A DNA stretch of 63,992 nucleotides, filler included, from Basidioascus undulatus (lineage: Eukaryota), in NCBI GenBank assembly GCA_000826855.1. It is 17 parts of 17 records of this genome, joined end to end, with 100 filler letters (N's around TTAATTAATTAA, not from the genome) between each part and the next. Parts side by side here need not be neighbours in the genome. Positions count along the whole stretch, not along the records: positions 30,902 to 53,949 come from JTLS01000275.1; positions 54,050 to 56,513 come from JTLS01002749.1; positions 56,614 to 59,072 come from JTLS01002750.1; 14 more parts are not named here. One strand, 5' to 3'. The notes under the pieces are model-generated. The model did no database searches, had not been told where the DNA came from, and saw nothing but the letters and a program-made list of their open reading frames with translations. Positions within the stretch are counted from its first letter, which is position 1, and every line of letters begins with the position of its first letter. The position numbers and the translations under genes are program-made. Below, piece after piece: positions 46,289 to 58,733 of this stretch.

Positions 46289-49200
46289 ATGCCAGCTCAA
46301 CCTGCGGCCCAAGGGGCCGAGCAGGACCAGCAGCCGTCCATGTGGAACATGGCCAAGAAGGTCCGTCGTAGTGGGCCGGCTGGTCGGTGGGAGAGATGCG
46401 CTGATAGCGGAGGAGATGGAACGGCAGATGCTCTTGGTCTGGGTCGGGACGCAGCTCGTTCTTGGTCGTACGTGTACCCGTATCCTAGACGTCGAGGATA
46501 TGTCTGAATATTTCTTTCCATCCCCCAGAAAACGGCCTCGTCTCCAAGTTCATGAACCGCAATGCGCCCGTGACCCCTCCGCCCTCCGCGCGCCCCGTCT
46601 CGCAAGCCGACCCCGCCGCAGTCCAGCGTGGGCCGCTCCAGTCCGTCAACTTCTGGCCGGAGGGCATCGACCTCACGCTGCACATCCAGCTCTCCACCGC
46701 TGCCGACCCGGCGGACGTGTGGGCGCGCAAGGACGAGGAGAACCTCCCGGGTTTGACGTGGGAGGGTCTCAAGTACGGCGACTGGGGGATTCAGCGCGAG
46801 GTGGACTGGGAGGTGGTTGTTCCGGAGGTGAGTGCTCGGAAATTGTTGGGGCGCAGGCAGGGTGTTGAAGGGGAGGGGGACACAGAGCGTGAAGCACAAC
46901 GGCAGCCTGTGGGCGGACTTTTACCTGGCCAACTCGAAGCATGTTCCGTGCGTCTCTGTTCCATATTCCCTTCCCTTCAGTGCTACTCACTCACTCGTTA
47001 TTGCAGCATCGACCACCGCAACCCGGCATACGACCCCTCCACCGTCGTCCACACCCGCAAGCGTCCGTTTCACGCTGCTCCAACCTCCCTCCAATCGTCC
47101 AAGCGCCTCACACGCTCGCATTTTTTGACAGTGCTCACCCGCTACTGGCCGAAGCGCCAAGAGCGCAAAGTCAAGAATCTGCTTTCCGGTGACGAGAATT
47201 ATACGGATACCGAGGAGGAGGAGGAAGAACAGGTGCAGCTCCTTGCAGCTGCGTCTCTTCGCAGGTGGACTTTGCTGATGGTTGATTGGGGCAACAGGGA
47301 GAGGCCCCCATCGTCCCCTACTGGCATCATAACCTCACGCTCGGCCTCGTCTCCGACTTCCAGCCCATCCCGTATGGGCAGCTGCAGGCGCCGGGAAGTC
47401 AGCGTGAGTTCGGTTTTCTTTGTATTCCCCTAATCTATCTTTCGAAGTTGGGCTGATCGTTTGAGAGTGGCGAAGATGTCATCTTGGAGCCCAGCAACAA
47501 GCGCGTGGCGGACGCCAAGGTCGACACGGCCTACCACTACCCCGTTTTGTTCCCGAACGACTTCTGTGCGTTCGCGTTCAATGGTGCCTGATATGAAGTC
47601 GTATGGCTGACCTGTTTGTCTTCGCGGGTGCAGGGTTGCTTCGTGACCAGATGACCGAGATCAACGAGACGGTTTCCACGCTGCCTCTGCATCTCTCGCT
47701 CCATTCCATGTCCTTGTGCGTGTCCGCTTTTCCGACGCCTTCCCTCCTTTATCTCGCTCACGCTTTCACCTGCGCCTCAGCTTCAAGTTCAACATCTGTG
47801 CGCCTGTCCGCGTGCCTATTAATGTCGCGCCTACTGATCTTGAGCCATCCTCCACGCGACAGACTCTTCCATGGGCGCCTCGTTCGAGCAGCAAGCGCGC
47901 CAGGCAGGCGGAACCGGCGGCGAGCTCGACGAGCTCAAGCGCATGCTCATTGAGACTAACCCGTGGCTCTTGGCTGTTACCGCAATCGTGACTTTGCTGC
48001 AGTGCGTTCATGCCCATCACCATGTCTGATACCCGAGTAATGCTGAATCTCTAGCCTTGTTGTGCAGCACTGTCTTTGAGGTGCGCTTCCGGCAACGCGA
48101 AAGATAGAGGTAAGGCGGTGCTGACTCGGTTTTGGCGCGATACCAGTTCCTCGCCTTCAAGAACGACGTCTCGCACTGGCGCAAGGCCGACCACGACATG
48201 GTGGGCGTCTCGTTCCGGACCATCGTGTCGAACGTGGTCGTGCAGGTCAGTCACTTGCACCTTTACCTCCACCCTATCTCTGGAGTTCTGGAAGCTAACG
48301 AGCGCACCGGGAACGAACAGGTCATCATTCTCCTCTACCTGCTCGACAACAACGAGAACACGTCATGGACGATTCTTGTGGGCCAGGGCATGGGCCTGCT
48401 TGTGGAAATGTGGAAGATCACCAAGGTTTGCTTGCCCTCTACTTGCTGTTCGTGCGATCGATGGCTGAGCTGGAGATATGTGTATTAGGTCGTCGACATC
48501 AAGCTCCTTCCCGCTGCGCCAGGCTCGATCCTGCCGTACAAGGTCCACATCGAGGATAAGAAGAAAGATTTGTCCGTGGACGAGCTGAAGACGCAGGAGT
48601 ACGTTAGCAGCGGGGATGACCTTATCACATGGCCCGACGCTGATGTTTTCTTGGGTTGGCAAACAGATACGACAAGCTCGCGTTCAAGTATGTTAGCTGG
48701 GTGATGATCCCGGTGGGTCGCTCTCACTCTTCCCTTGACTTGAAGGTGTCCTGACCAACGCGATATCGTGTTGCAGGTTCTGCTGGCATACACCGTCTAC
48801 TCGCTCGTGAGCAACATGTCATTACCGACGCTTGAATTCCGACGTGCTGAACGTGGCACGCGTTGAACAGGTCTACGAGACGCACCGCGGGTGGTACAGC
48901 TTCATCATCTCCAGTGCGTCCACGAACTGCCTCCCTGGAAAGCTCACCTGCTGACGATTTGCATCTTGCAGCCTTGACGTCCTTCGTCTACGCGTTCGGT
49001 TCGTTCTGGGCCTCCGCGTCCTGTGTGAAACGCAATCAGCTGAAGTGACAGTGGATCACGACAGGCTTCGTCCAGCTCGTCCCGCAGCTGATCATCAACT
49101 ACAAGGTGCATTCTTCGCCGTCATTCGTACCTTCACTCTGTCTTGGCTAATGCGCGAGTTTGCGGACCCGCAGCTCAAGTCTGTCGCGCACATGCCGGCG

Positions 49201-49723
49201 CGTGCGATGGTGTACAAGCTGCTCAGCACGGTCCGTGGATACAGCGATGAAATCTGCGGGACAGTCAGGCTGATCGAGACTCGCGCGACAGGTTGTCGAT
49301 GACTTCTTCAGCTTCATCATCAAGATGCCGCTGTTGCAGTGAGTCCTCCCTGGTTGCTCTTAGTACCTTCCCGCTTTCTGACGAAGGCCGTTTGCGCAGC
49401 CGTCTGTCGTGCTTCCGTGACGTGAGCTTACCTTGCAAAGTCTTGTTATGGAAACGTCGCTGATGGTTCTTCCGCTTTGACAGGACGTGGTGTTCCTCGT
49501 CTACCTGTACCAGCGGTACATTTACCGCGTGGACCCGATGCGTGCCAACGAGTACGGCCAGCTGTACGTATCCCCTTCTGACACCTCCGTACCCTTCCCC
49601 GGGACCGCGGCTCATGCCAAGCGAATCTGCACCGACAGTACGGAGGAGAAGATCAAGGAGCTGGAGAAGCGGGAGAAGGCGCAGAAGGAGGGGCGTGTGG
49701 CGGAGACAAAGAAGACGAAGTGA
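46289..49723 (+). CDS. CLPTM1-family membrane protein (about 24 introns)
   Basis: VKHNGSLWAD, YYPVLFPNDFW, LDELKRMLIETNPWLL, FLAFKNDVSHW, LYLLDNNENTSW, QLIINYKLKSVAHMP, YLYQRYIYRVDPMRANEYG. Confidence 0.93.
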
Positions 49724-50229
49724 GGAAGTATTGCGTTTATGGGCGAGTGTTTGGGAGGTTGAATGGACGGATGGACGGGCTTGGTTCACTTTCGCTTTTG
49801 ATACATGGTTCACGGTCGGAACAGACATTTTTGAGCAACCGTCTGTGGACGGGACGTGCTGAAGCTGCAGAGCCTGTCGCGCAGAATAGGATCCCACGAA
49901 TTCGTTTGACGAACAAGTATATCGAAGCCTATTCGTTCCGAGACGAAGGAACACGCAAATTGCAGGGCAGAGCAAGTATAATTTCATGTTTCATAACACT
50001 GCGGCAGCATTCGACTTTTGAACACCATCTTATCCAATGCCCACGCTCCTGCCAGACCCTTCTGGATGTTCTCCCTCGCTTTCACGACCTCCGCCTGCAT
50101 GCTGCGGCCACAGCGCAACCATCTTGTGCAGCTCCTTCCCCGCAGCCTCAAGCGCTCCCTTCGTCTCCCTGCCCCTGTATATCACCTCAGCCACGCGCAA
50201 GCCGATGGTGACTGCTCGCAACGGCCCTC

Positions 50230-51100
50230 AGGATGATATGCTCGTCCCTTGCATGTCGACGGAGAGGTAGTCGGCGAGGCTCGGGCGTGCGTCGGCCGGG
50301 GACCGGTGCAGGGCCTCGTGCTGCCGCAGGGAGGCAATGTAGAGCTTGCGATGGTCGGGAGAGAGGAACCGGCACTCGTTGTGATAGGTGGCCAGAGGGA
50401 AGGCAGTGCGATAGCAGGTCGCGGCGGAGCACCAGTAGATCCGGGCTCCGCTCCAGTCGAGGACGCTGGAGGCAATCGGGAATGTCAGGACTCACGACAC
50501 CAGATTGTACTCCTCGTCAAAGCATGTTCTTTAGGTCTAAATCGTCGTGTATGACCGGGTACGGTCCGTCCGGATAGTGTTCAGCAGCCTGGCTGGTGAC
50601 AGAGCGAACGACGAGCATGTCGACGAGTGTAAGGGCGCCTGGTCTCCTCCCGGCAGTGCGGCGTCGGATCAAGCCATCGAAATTCTGAAGCGCGAAAGCC
50701 TCAGTCGACCGAAGCAGCTTCTGCTGCGTGGGCGCGACCCAGTCGTCGGCGGGCAGGGCGATGCTGCTACAGGTGAGCCCAACGACGAAACGGGCTATCT
50801 CATCGAGGATCTTCGCCCGCGCTGCCTCGGACAGGCCGTCGGCTTTCCAGTCCACTCCCGTCCCTCTACACAGTCCATGAAGATGTACTGAGCTCCCACT
50901 CCCCCTTGCTCGGCTGGTACGCCTGCAAGCGCGGCACAGGCAGCCCGGGAGGTGCGCGCGAGCGTAAGAAAGAAAGTACGCGCCGTGCTTTGTGATGTCG
51001 ACTTCGGGGGCGGGACAGGCAGCTTCGCAGCCCAGCGAACGCCATCGGAGAAGTCGATGCGAAAGACGAGGTGAAATGCACCGAACAGAGGGGTCGAGGA
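50230..51100 (-). pseudogene. Aminoglycoside phosphotransferase (APH)-like kinase with several frameshifts; boundaries approximate
   Basis: FGAFHLVFRIDFSDGVRWAAKLP / GLPVPRL / YIFMDCVEG / KILDEIARF...YPVIHDDLDLKNML lie in different frames with no intervening introns. Confidence 0.72.
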
Positions 51101-51987
51101 GGCGAGCTGGCAGGGGAGGCCGTTGCGGTGCGCTGAGGCCGCTGGGCGGGGAGCGAGATACTGCTAATTACCGCTCGCTGCCTCGATGACTTACGGAGAT
51201 TTGGAATAGAAAGGCATGCGGAGTGTGGGATGGAGAGGTGGAAGAGGTAAACTAATAAACAGAGTGAGAACGAGAAGACAACGCATTCGAGGGCAACAAA
51301 AACTCGGAAAGCTCACGTTTGCAACATGCTTAGGGTAGACTTGATGAAGAACGGAGAACCGTTTGACATGCTTGTTGAAGGCTCGGCGTTCGCTTGCGAG
51401 CCCACAACATGCTCAAACGTTCTTCCTCGCAAGTGTCTTGCTGTACTGTCGATTGGGTGTTTACATCACAGACCGCTCAGCACAGCTCATGCACTGCCGA
51501 CTTCCAGAAGGTCAATCGTATCAATGAATATTTTACTGCAGTTGCATTTGAGGCTTACAAATGGAAAGCTGAAAGTACTTAGCTATGTGGCGTTGTGCCT
51601 GACAGACTAGCGAACTGCTCGGACTGTCCTGCCGGCTCTTGTAGCAATAGAGCGAGCCAACCCTACTACATCTGATTGGCTCTGGTATTTTTCTCTGTGA
51701 GCCTTTGACCGAGCATGGAACATGGTCACCGCGCGAGAACTTGCTGCTGAAAGCGCAGTGGAAGCAGTGGTTGCCAGTCGGCACCGGGGCCTAACAACCA
51801 AATGATTCTCGTCCGTGTCTCGAGCTCACATGGACACATTTTATGAATTTTTACAATTAAGGTAGCACGACAGGTAGTGATAGCTAGAATTGCAAGTGTT
51901 GCAGGGGTGCAGCGGCCGTGCCCAGAGAGTCGCGTGCGAGCACCGCACCGTCCTCTCCAATAACCACCACCTCTGTCTCAGTTCACA

Positions 51988-52330
51988 ATGTCCGCTCCCC
52001 CTACAGCGCCTACCGAAAAACAAAGGTTCGTCTCTGCTCACACCGACCTAGCTCAAGCCTCCGTATTGACGCTCATTCACCAGTCGCGGCATCAATGCCC
52101 TCCCGCACGAACTCCTCGCCGAAATCCTCGAGCTCCTCTAGCCCGACCCCGCGCCCGTATTGCCCTCACCAATGCTGCACCTGGCGAGCGTCAACCGCGG
52201 CTTCCGGGCGGCGTCCCTGCCGCTTGCGTTCAGGGATCTGACGTTCTGCGTTCGAGGCAAGAGCGAGGGTTGGGACTTGCGGCAGCTCGTCGGGCGCAGC
52301 GTTGAATTTGTTTTCGGGCGCGATGGCTAG
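51988..52330 (+). pseudogene. F-box-like gene remnant
   Basis: MSAPPTAPTEKQ|SRGINALPHELLAEILELL*...LHLASVNRGFRAASLPLAFRDLTF; in-frame TAG at 52139-52141 and another at 52328. Confidence 0.62.
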
Positions 52331-52682
52331 CTGGATAGGCATAGGCGGCACATACTTCTGAGGCTTCGCTTAGACTTCTTTTGAGCGCATTATTGCCGCA
52401 CCGTATGTGATCATGCGTAGAGCTGAATGCTGCCATCTCGAAATGTTGTGCCACACACTGCTCCGATCATATCATGGTTTGCCTCGCCATTCCAGAAACC
52501 AGAAAAATTGCGTCAAATACTTGTCTGGGCACGGAGCACAAGACTGAAGGCACGTCCGCCGTCTTCCATCGATCGTCGGCCCGCCGATGCTGTGCCTGGG
52601 GAGTTGACAAGCGACTGGCGGCTGCTCCAGGCGTCTCTGCCTCACTCCCTCCCCATCCAAACAACACAACAACAAATTTTCC

Positions 52683-53003
52683 CAGCTTAGTAAAGAAAGA
52701 CTTGATCCAACCATCCTGGATAACATCTATCCTTCATCCCCCCTCTGCCTCAACGTGTTCTCCAGCCCACTCCTCGTTTCCCCCGCATTCCGGAACTGCC
52801 TCCCGCCCGCACCTACCGAGTCCGTCGTGGCGGCCGCCATCATGGGCGGAGGCTCAACCCTCGGAACTGTCGGCCTAATGGTATGGCTCTGGTGGAAGGG
52901 CGAGCGGGACGGGCTGATAAGGAGGAGAATGCCCGCGGGCGGCGGGATGGGGATAGGGACGCTGGCGTGGCGGGCGGTGGGGAGGTTTGGTGGGAATATG
53001 TGA
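52683..53003 (+). CDS. Orphan single-pass membrane protein (copy B), start unresolved
   Basis: PLCL...PAFRNC...STLGTVGLMVWLWWKGERDG...RRMPA...GRFGGNM*; aligns with 41935-42219. Confidence 0.62.
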   Translation, partial: QLSKERLDPTILDNIYPSSPLCLNVFSSPLLVSPAFRNCLPPAPTESVVAAAIMGGGSTLGTVGLMVWLWWKGERDGLIRRRMPAGGGMGIGTLAWRAVGRFGGNM

Positions 53004-53756
53004 GGGGCTGAGGGATGGTGGACGGGCATAAAGTGGACGATTTCTAGGGGCTTCTGGACACGGATGAAGGAGCTTGAGAACTGAAAAGCAATGGCTGCAC
53101 TTGGTGCGGCACGGCTGTTTGACTGTGTCTTGTCAAATTTATCTTAATCACCCGAAGCCGGCATTTATGATCATACCAACTTGTACGAGCAGATTCACAG
53201 CAGGGAAAGGACAACCTGCCAAGGGAGCAAAGACATCAACGATCCTGCACGACCCACGTCGACCCCTTGTCTTTGGCAAGCTCAGTGGCTCAACAGTGAT
53301 AGCCAGGAGTTTCCATACCTTGAAGGTAGTGACTTCTGACCCATCTTAAACACACCCAGACTCAACAACCTGACAACATTCCTCGGGGGTGGGACTTACG
53401 GACGAGAACCGGTTGAAAAAGAAACTGTAAGTATAGCGGCACTGCGTGATGTAGGTTTTCTTTGCACCATGCGATTCTGAAGGTGGTTCTGAAGGCCGGA
53501 AATGAAAAGACGGTAAAATTTCAGAATATCTGATGATATGAAGGTGACAAGCATGCTCCGGTGAATGTCGAGGATATAAAACGGTATTTTGGCGTTGCAG
53601 GCCGGCGAGAGTGCGACTTCAAGGTCTTCGCTCGCCCCGCTTGGTTTGCTTCCCGCGCCCACGGTCTTCGCACCGTCCCCTTGACTCTACCACCTCCTCC
53701 CTCCTCTGTTTCTGTTTGTCTTTTATTCCTTGCGCACAAAACGCTCGAGTGCACCG

Positions 53757-53949
53757 ATGTCGAAGCGGTCCAATCCCTACTCGGCAGGCGCTCAGCCCCC
53801 GCTGCCCCCAGGTCCAGCGCCGCCCGCGCCGCCCGCCGCCGCCGCCGCGCAGGCACAGGCGCAGCAGGACCACGCTGCTGCATGGGCGGCATACTACGCT
53901 CAGCAGGCCGCCGCTGCTGGTCAGGCGACCCCGGCGGCAGCGGCGGCGG
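53757..53949 (+). CDS. 5' end of a Pro/Ala/Gln-rich protein with a WAAYY motif (partial)
   Basis: MSKRSNPYSAGAQPPLPPGP...AAAWAAYYAQQ; cut by the linker. Confidence 0.55.
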
Positions 53950-54049
53950 NNNNNNNNNNNNNNNNNNNNNNNNNNNNNNNNNNNNNNNNNNNNTTAATTA
54001 ATTAANNNNNNNNNNNNNNNNNNNNNNNNNNNNNNNNNNNNNNNNNNNN

Positions 54050-54354
54050 GAGGCGGTGACGGTGAGGGAGAAGGTCGTTAGGTGGTATGAGGCGTGAAGG
54101 AGCCGGGGGAGTAGGACTTGGAGGTCGGGAAGCGGGAGGAGATGGGGAAGGGCGGGACTGGGGAAGAGCATCCGAGTGAGAATTGAGCTGACTGGACATG
54201 GAGGGAGTGACTGGGACTCACGTTTGCGGACTTGCTGGGGTGCCTTCCGGGCGTCGCTCACGAGGCTCTCGAGTGCGCCCAGAGCGTCCTCGGGCGCCTG
54301 CTGGCGTGCGCGGGTCGAGGTGGAGAATGCGCGTCGGAGGATCGAGGACAGCAT
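54050..54354 (-). CDS. 5' end of a mitochondrial protein (possibly ribosomal bS18-like), partial
   Basis: Presequence MLSSILRRAFSTSTRAR, one intron; identity is a weak guess. Confidence 0.45.
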
Positions 54355-55207
54355 CGCGGAAAGAGTGGAACGGGTGTGTGTGTGGGTGTGGGTGTGTTGA
54401 GAGTGTAAGGTGAATGGGGAGAACGTACGAGCTCGTGCAGACGGTTGCGACGGAAGAGACACTTCTCTTCGGGCGCGTCGGGGGATGTATGGAAGGCGAT
54501 TACGATGAGGGGGAGTTGCATGTTACGTTAGGTGCTCTTGAACTTTCGTGTACGAATGACGGAATAACGATGCTGCGTTCAAGGAGACCGGGGAGGGGTG
54601 GTTGTCGCGGGCGAGTATGATGGAGAGGCGTCTGGTTCAGGTCGGGCTTTTCACTGATTTCATGAAGGACAGGGATCCTGCGAGGGAGGAGCTGGTCAGA
54701 AATTGTAGAGGCTCCTCGTCATGGCGTCACAGCGTCGGCTGCGGCCCACGGCTCCAACGGATTTCTGACATTGCCACTGCACGATGGGCAGCAGACCGTC
54801 TGACAATTGTTGAACACTCATGACCACCGAATATTCGAGGAACACGCGTATATGCGAGGGCAATAGACAGGGTGCGGCACTTGTGTGTTGCTCCTTTGCG
54901 AGTCGCAACGCGTAGACCAACTGAATGGAGACACCTCCGATATGTTGGTTCATTCCTTATCGTTCCACCGAATTGTGCGTGCAATTAACTAACCATTAGG
55001 GTCGTGTATGTGGTACACAAGGAGACAGGACAAGGCGGTACAGTACATGCAGTCCCAGTACAGTTACAGACACAGAGGGCGGGAAGAAAATCGAACAGGA
55101 CCACAGGATACAGGGATAAAAGCGTGAAGTATGACCAAAGAAAGAAGGGGATCAAGGAACATGCGAGGCACACGATGCCTGCTTTGAAATTACTCCGCCG
55201 CACGCGT

Positions 55208-55977
55208 TCACGGCAACACGCCGTCGAGGATCCAGAGCTTGCCGTTGCTCGCCTGCCCGTGCCCAATGCAGCGCGAATGTCAGAGCCACGTCCGTCCCAC
55301 ATCTGGCGCTTCTCATGTGGCAACAAACTCACCTCCCTGATGTCGAGCACCTTTATCCCGCCCACCTTCCAGCCCTCCCCATCCGCATCCCGCTCCATCA
55401 GCACGCTCCGCCCGTCCCGCAGAGTCGGGTACTCTTTCCCGCTCTCCAAATCGTGCTCCTGCCACCCCCAATCAAACCAACGTCAGCCCCTCCCACCTCC
55501 GGATGCCAGGAGAGTGATGATACGCACAGGAACGATATGCCGCTCGACCCACTCCCTAACGTTCTCCGCCTCCGCCTCCTCCCACGTCCTCACCCGCCCG
55601 TCCCCCTCCACGCGCTCCCGCCCGCCGTAGTCCTCATGCGGCTTCCGCGGGAGGGCAATGATCGCCCGGTTCGTGGGCGCGAAGACGTTCGAGGGCTTGG
55701 ACGTGTCGGCGAGGCGCTCGCTCTAAATTCCTCTCACAATAAGATTAGTAAAGCAAGTACAAAAAGAACGGAGAAGGGAACACACAACAGGCGACACTTC
55801 GCGCACGTAGTCGTAGAAGATCGACCCGCGCTGGAGGGTGAGGAGGTCGGAGAGCGCGGGGAGGGCCGAGGCGGGTCGCGCGAGCGGCTGCTGCGCCGGG
55901 CCGGAAGCGGAGGCGGGGAGGGTGCTGCCCATGAGGAACGGGGCAGCGAGTATGGTGAACAGCGTTGGTGCGCGCAT
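55208..55977 (-). CDS. Secreted FAS1 (fasciclin) domain protein
   Basis: Signal peptide, LSDLLT...SIFYDYVRE, VFAPTNRAIIALPRKPHE, WVERHIVP, ASNGKLWILDGVLP*. Confidence 0.88.
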
Positions 55978-56345
55978 GGTAAGGTTGATAAGCCGTTGAA
56001 GAGCAAGGTGGATGGAGATGAGATTGTGGAATGACGACGATAGACAGCTCGCACGATTTGGGTTAGTTTTCGTGTTACCGCACATTCAAAGCTTTCACAT
56101 GCAGGCAACATGTAAAAAGTGATTGATTTTATATGTCTTTGCTGACTGTTTGCTGCATAACGAGAAATTTGGCTAAGAATATAGTGAATGTTTGACCTGT
56201 GCAGCTGAACTTCGTGGAGCTTCAGCCAGGCAGTTCAGCAAGACAGTGTGAGGTTCAGCTGGACCCAGGTGTGATAGAAGTGACCGCAGGCTTCACTTGA
56301 ACACACAGTAGTTGTCTGGAAGGGTAGATGCAGAGAATTTGAATG

Positions 56346-56440
56346 ATAGACATGGCATGTTCTCGAGCATAGACACAGAGGGTGTCCAGTGGTAGACACT
56401 AGGGGTTGTCTACCTGTAAGCATAGACACCAGGTGTCATG
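56346..56440. repeat. Short array of TAGACAC-spacer-(G/T)TGTC palindromic units
   Basis: TAGACACAGAGGGTGTC, GGTAGACACTAGGGGTTGTCTACC, TAGACACCAGGTGTC. Confidence 0.6.
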
Positions 56441-56613
56441 AACGTCTTAACAACTATTCAATCCTCGTCAACTGTCAAACCTTGCCACCTCATGTCCACC
56501 TCCTTGCCTTCCTNNNNNNNNNNNNNNNNNNNNNNNNNNNNNNNNNNNNNNNNNNNNTTAATTAATTAANNNNNNNNNNNNNNNNNNNNNNNNNNNNNNN
56601 NNNNNNNNNNNNN

Positions 56614-57270
56614 CCTCCTCCTCCCCATCTCCCAATCAACGCAGAATATCCTGCATCCCTCCAACGCAAACCACTCCGCCACCCTCACGGTCTCGCACCA
56701 CCCGCCCAGGGCGCGGGAGAACCGCGCGGCCCTCCTAGGGCGGGTGGAGGTGCTGCAGGGGGAGGCGCGGTGGGGAAGGGGCGAGGAGGGTAGGAGAGTG
56801 AGGGAATGTTGGTTGGACGTTCATGGAGATGCGGGCGGGTGGACGCCTCCTCCGAAGGAGGGGCAGCCGCACAAGGTGAGTTGAGGAGGCTAGGGGAAGA
56901 AGGAGGAGGCTGATGCGATGGTGGACGGGGGGAAGGCTTTTTTCGCGAGGTTTAGGGTCGAGAGGGTGTGGTACGTCGGTGGGGTACGTGCGAGTTTTAA
57001 CTGAAGAGAAAGAGAGGGGAGCTGATTGAGGAGGGAGGATAGTTTGGGAACGAGCACTTTATTGGGTGGGTACCGGGGAAGGTTTATGCGAACGCGTCGG
57101 CGACCAAGTCGGCCCCGGAGGGTGACGGAGGGTGGTCTTACGTTGATGTGGAGGATGATGGGGAGGAATGGGGTTATGTCGACCTCAACGAGGAGGAGGA
57201 CCTCGGGGCGGTGGATGAAGAAGAGGAGGAGAGGGGAGGGAGGTTGTTGGTGCAGGCTGGGCTGGTTTGA
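56614..57270 (+). CDS. CREG/pyridoxamine-phosphate-oxidase-like split-barrel protein, 3' part
   Basis: RAALLGRV, CWLDVHGDAGGW, FFARFRVERVWYVGG|FGNEHFIGWVP, acidic tail. Confidence 0.72.
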
Positions 57271-58086
57271 ATAGCTCGAGAACGGGATGGACTGGTGCGA
57301 GATGTGGTAGTGGGGGGGCTTGCACGGATGGATCTGTTTCTTCGAGTCTGCTTCATCCTGGCGCGTCGGAGATGCGACGACGGAAGATGGGCTCACTGGC
57401 TGTGGGGAGCGACACTGCGCGGGTGTGGTACCGACCCGAGGTGGGACACTTATAGGGGGTTACTGAGAAGAATGGGGAGCTGGATGAAGAGAAGAAGGGT
57501 CAAGCAAGGTGAAATTTAGGGCGTGTGAAGCCGATGAACTCGACTGTTGCGTCTGAGTCGTCGACGTCCACTGGCTACTTCCATCGTCCATGCATACCTG
57601 TTAAACCCCATGCCGGGATCTGTTACCTGTAGTTACAAACATCAGCAGAAAAATTCAGAGAACGCTTTTCCGAACTGCGCTGTGAGCCGTCAAAAGCTCT
57701 CAGCTGCGAGCGCCGACTTACACTGTCGGCAGCCTGTCTCGCATTCTCTGATACTTCCGGCGCCAACCGTCCACGACAAATCCTCTCTACAAAACCAAGT
57801 ATCGAACCTCGGGCTTATCAGCCTCAGCGAGGCCAAGTATTTTCACTCCAACTGAAACGCTGCATTTAACGCCACTTAACGCTGCACTTCCTGCCCTGGA
57901 AGAACCCGCCTCCCTCGCCCGACCTCGCCCGACATCTCCGAGCCTTCCGCCTTCCCTCTCCCTCCGGTCCCGGCCGGCCGTGCCTGCACACCGTCTTCCC
58001 CACACCTCACACCCTTCGCCCTCAACCCTCTCGCGGATCCGCATTTCCTCTTTCCTGTTCTTGGATCCTTTCTGTTTCGGTTCGCG

Positions 58087-58405
58087 ATGCTCGCTCGCTC
58101 GTCTGCCGCTGCTGCCCGTACCGTACGTCTTCCCGCTTGGTGCCTGTGGACGCCACGCCTTGTGGGGACGTGGGATGTGTGATCCCGCTAGGCAGCTGAC
58201 CTCTTTCCCTCCCTTCATCTCCTTCTCCCCCCACCACCACCCTCCTCTCCTCCCCCTCTCCCTCCGTGTCCGCCCGCAGTTCCCCCGCCGCGCCCTCCCT
58301 CTCGCCCGTACCCTTCGCACCTCCGCCATGGCCCTCCAGCAGTCCGGCGCGCCGACCTCCTTCCGCGAGGAGCGCGACACGTTTGGCCCGCTCCGCGTCC
58401 CCGCG

Positions 58406-58440
<35 letters not shown>

Positions 58441-58516
58441 CCAGAACTTTGATATCGGCGGCGAGCAGGAGCGGATGCCCGATCCGCTTATTCGCGCGTT
58501 TGGGGTGCTCAAGAAG
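58087..58516 (+). CDS. FUM1: Fumarate hydratase class II, first two exons only
   Basis: Presequence [16 protein letters not shown]..., [47 protein letters not shown]. Confidence 0.92.
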
Positions 58517-58733
58517 GTGCGCTGCGTCTCCTTCCCTCCCAGCCTTCCTTCGCCTCTCTCCCTTCCACCTCCCCCCTCCCCCTTTCTCCCTCCTCACACC
58601 CCGCCGCGCCCTCGTCAGTCTTCCGCTCCGTAAACCAGAGAAAAAGGAAAAGAGGAAGGGACAAGAGGGAAGGGGAAAGAGGAGTGGAAGATGGGTGGGA
58701 TGGGGTAGGGGTGTTAAGTGGCCGTCGACGCAC

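Noticed and set aside
49565..49638. Stop-free in-frame introns (CLPTM1 end, PIG-Y) as regulated retention
   Set aside because: Expected by chance among many short GC-rich introns; no supporting evidence
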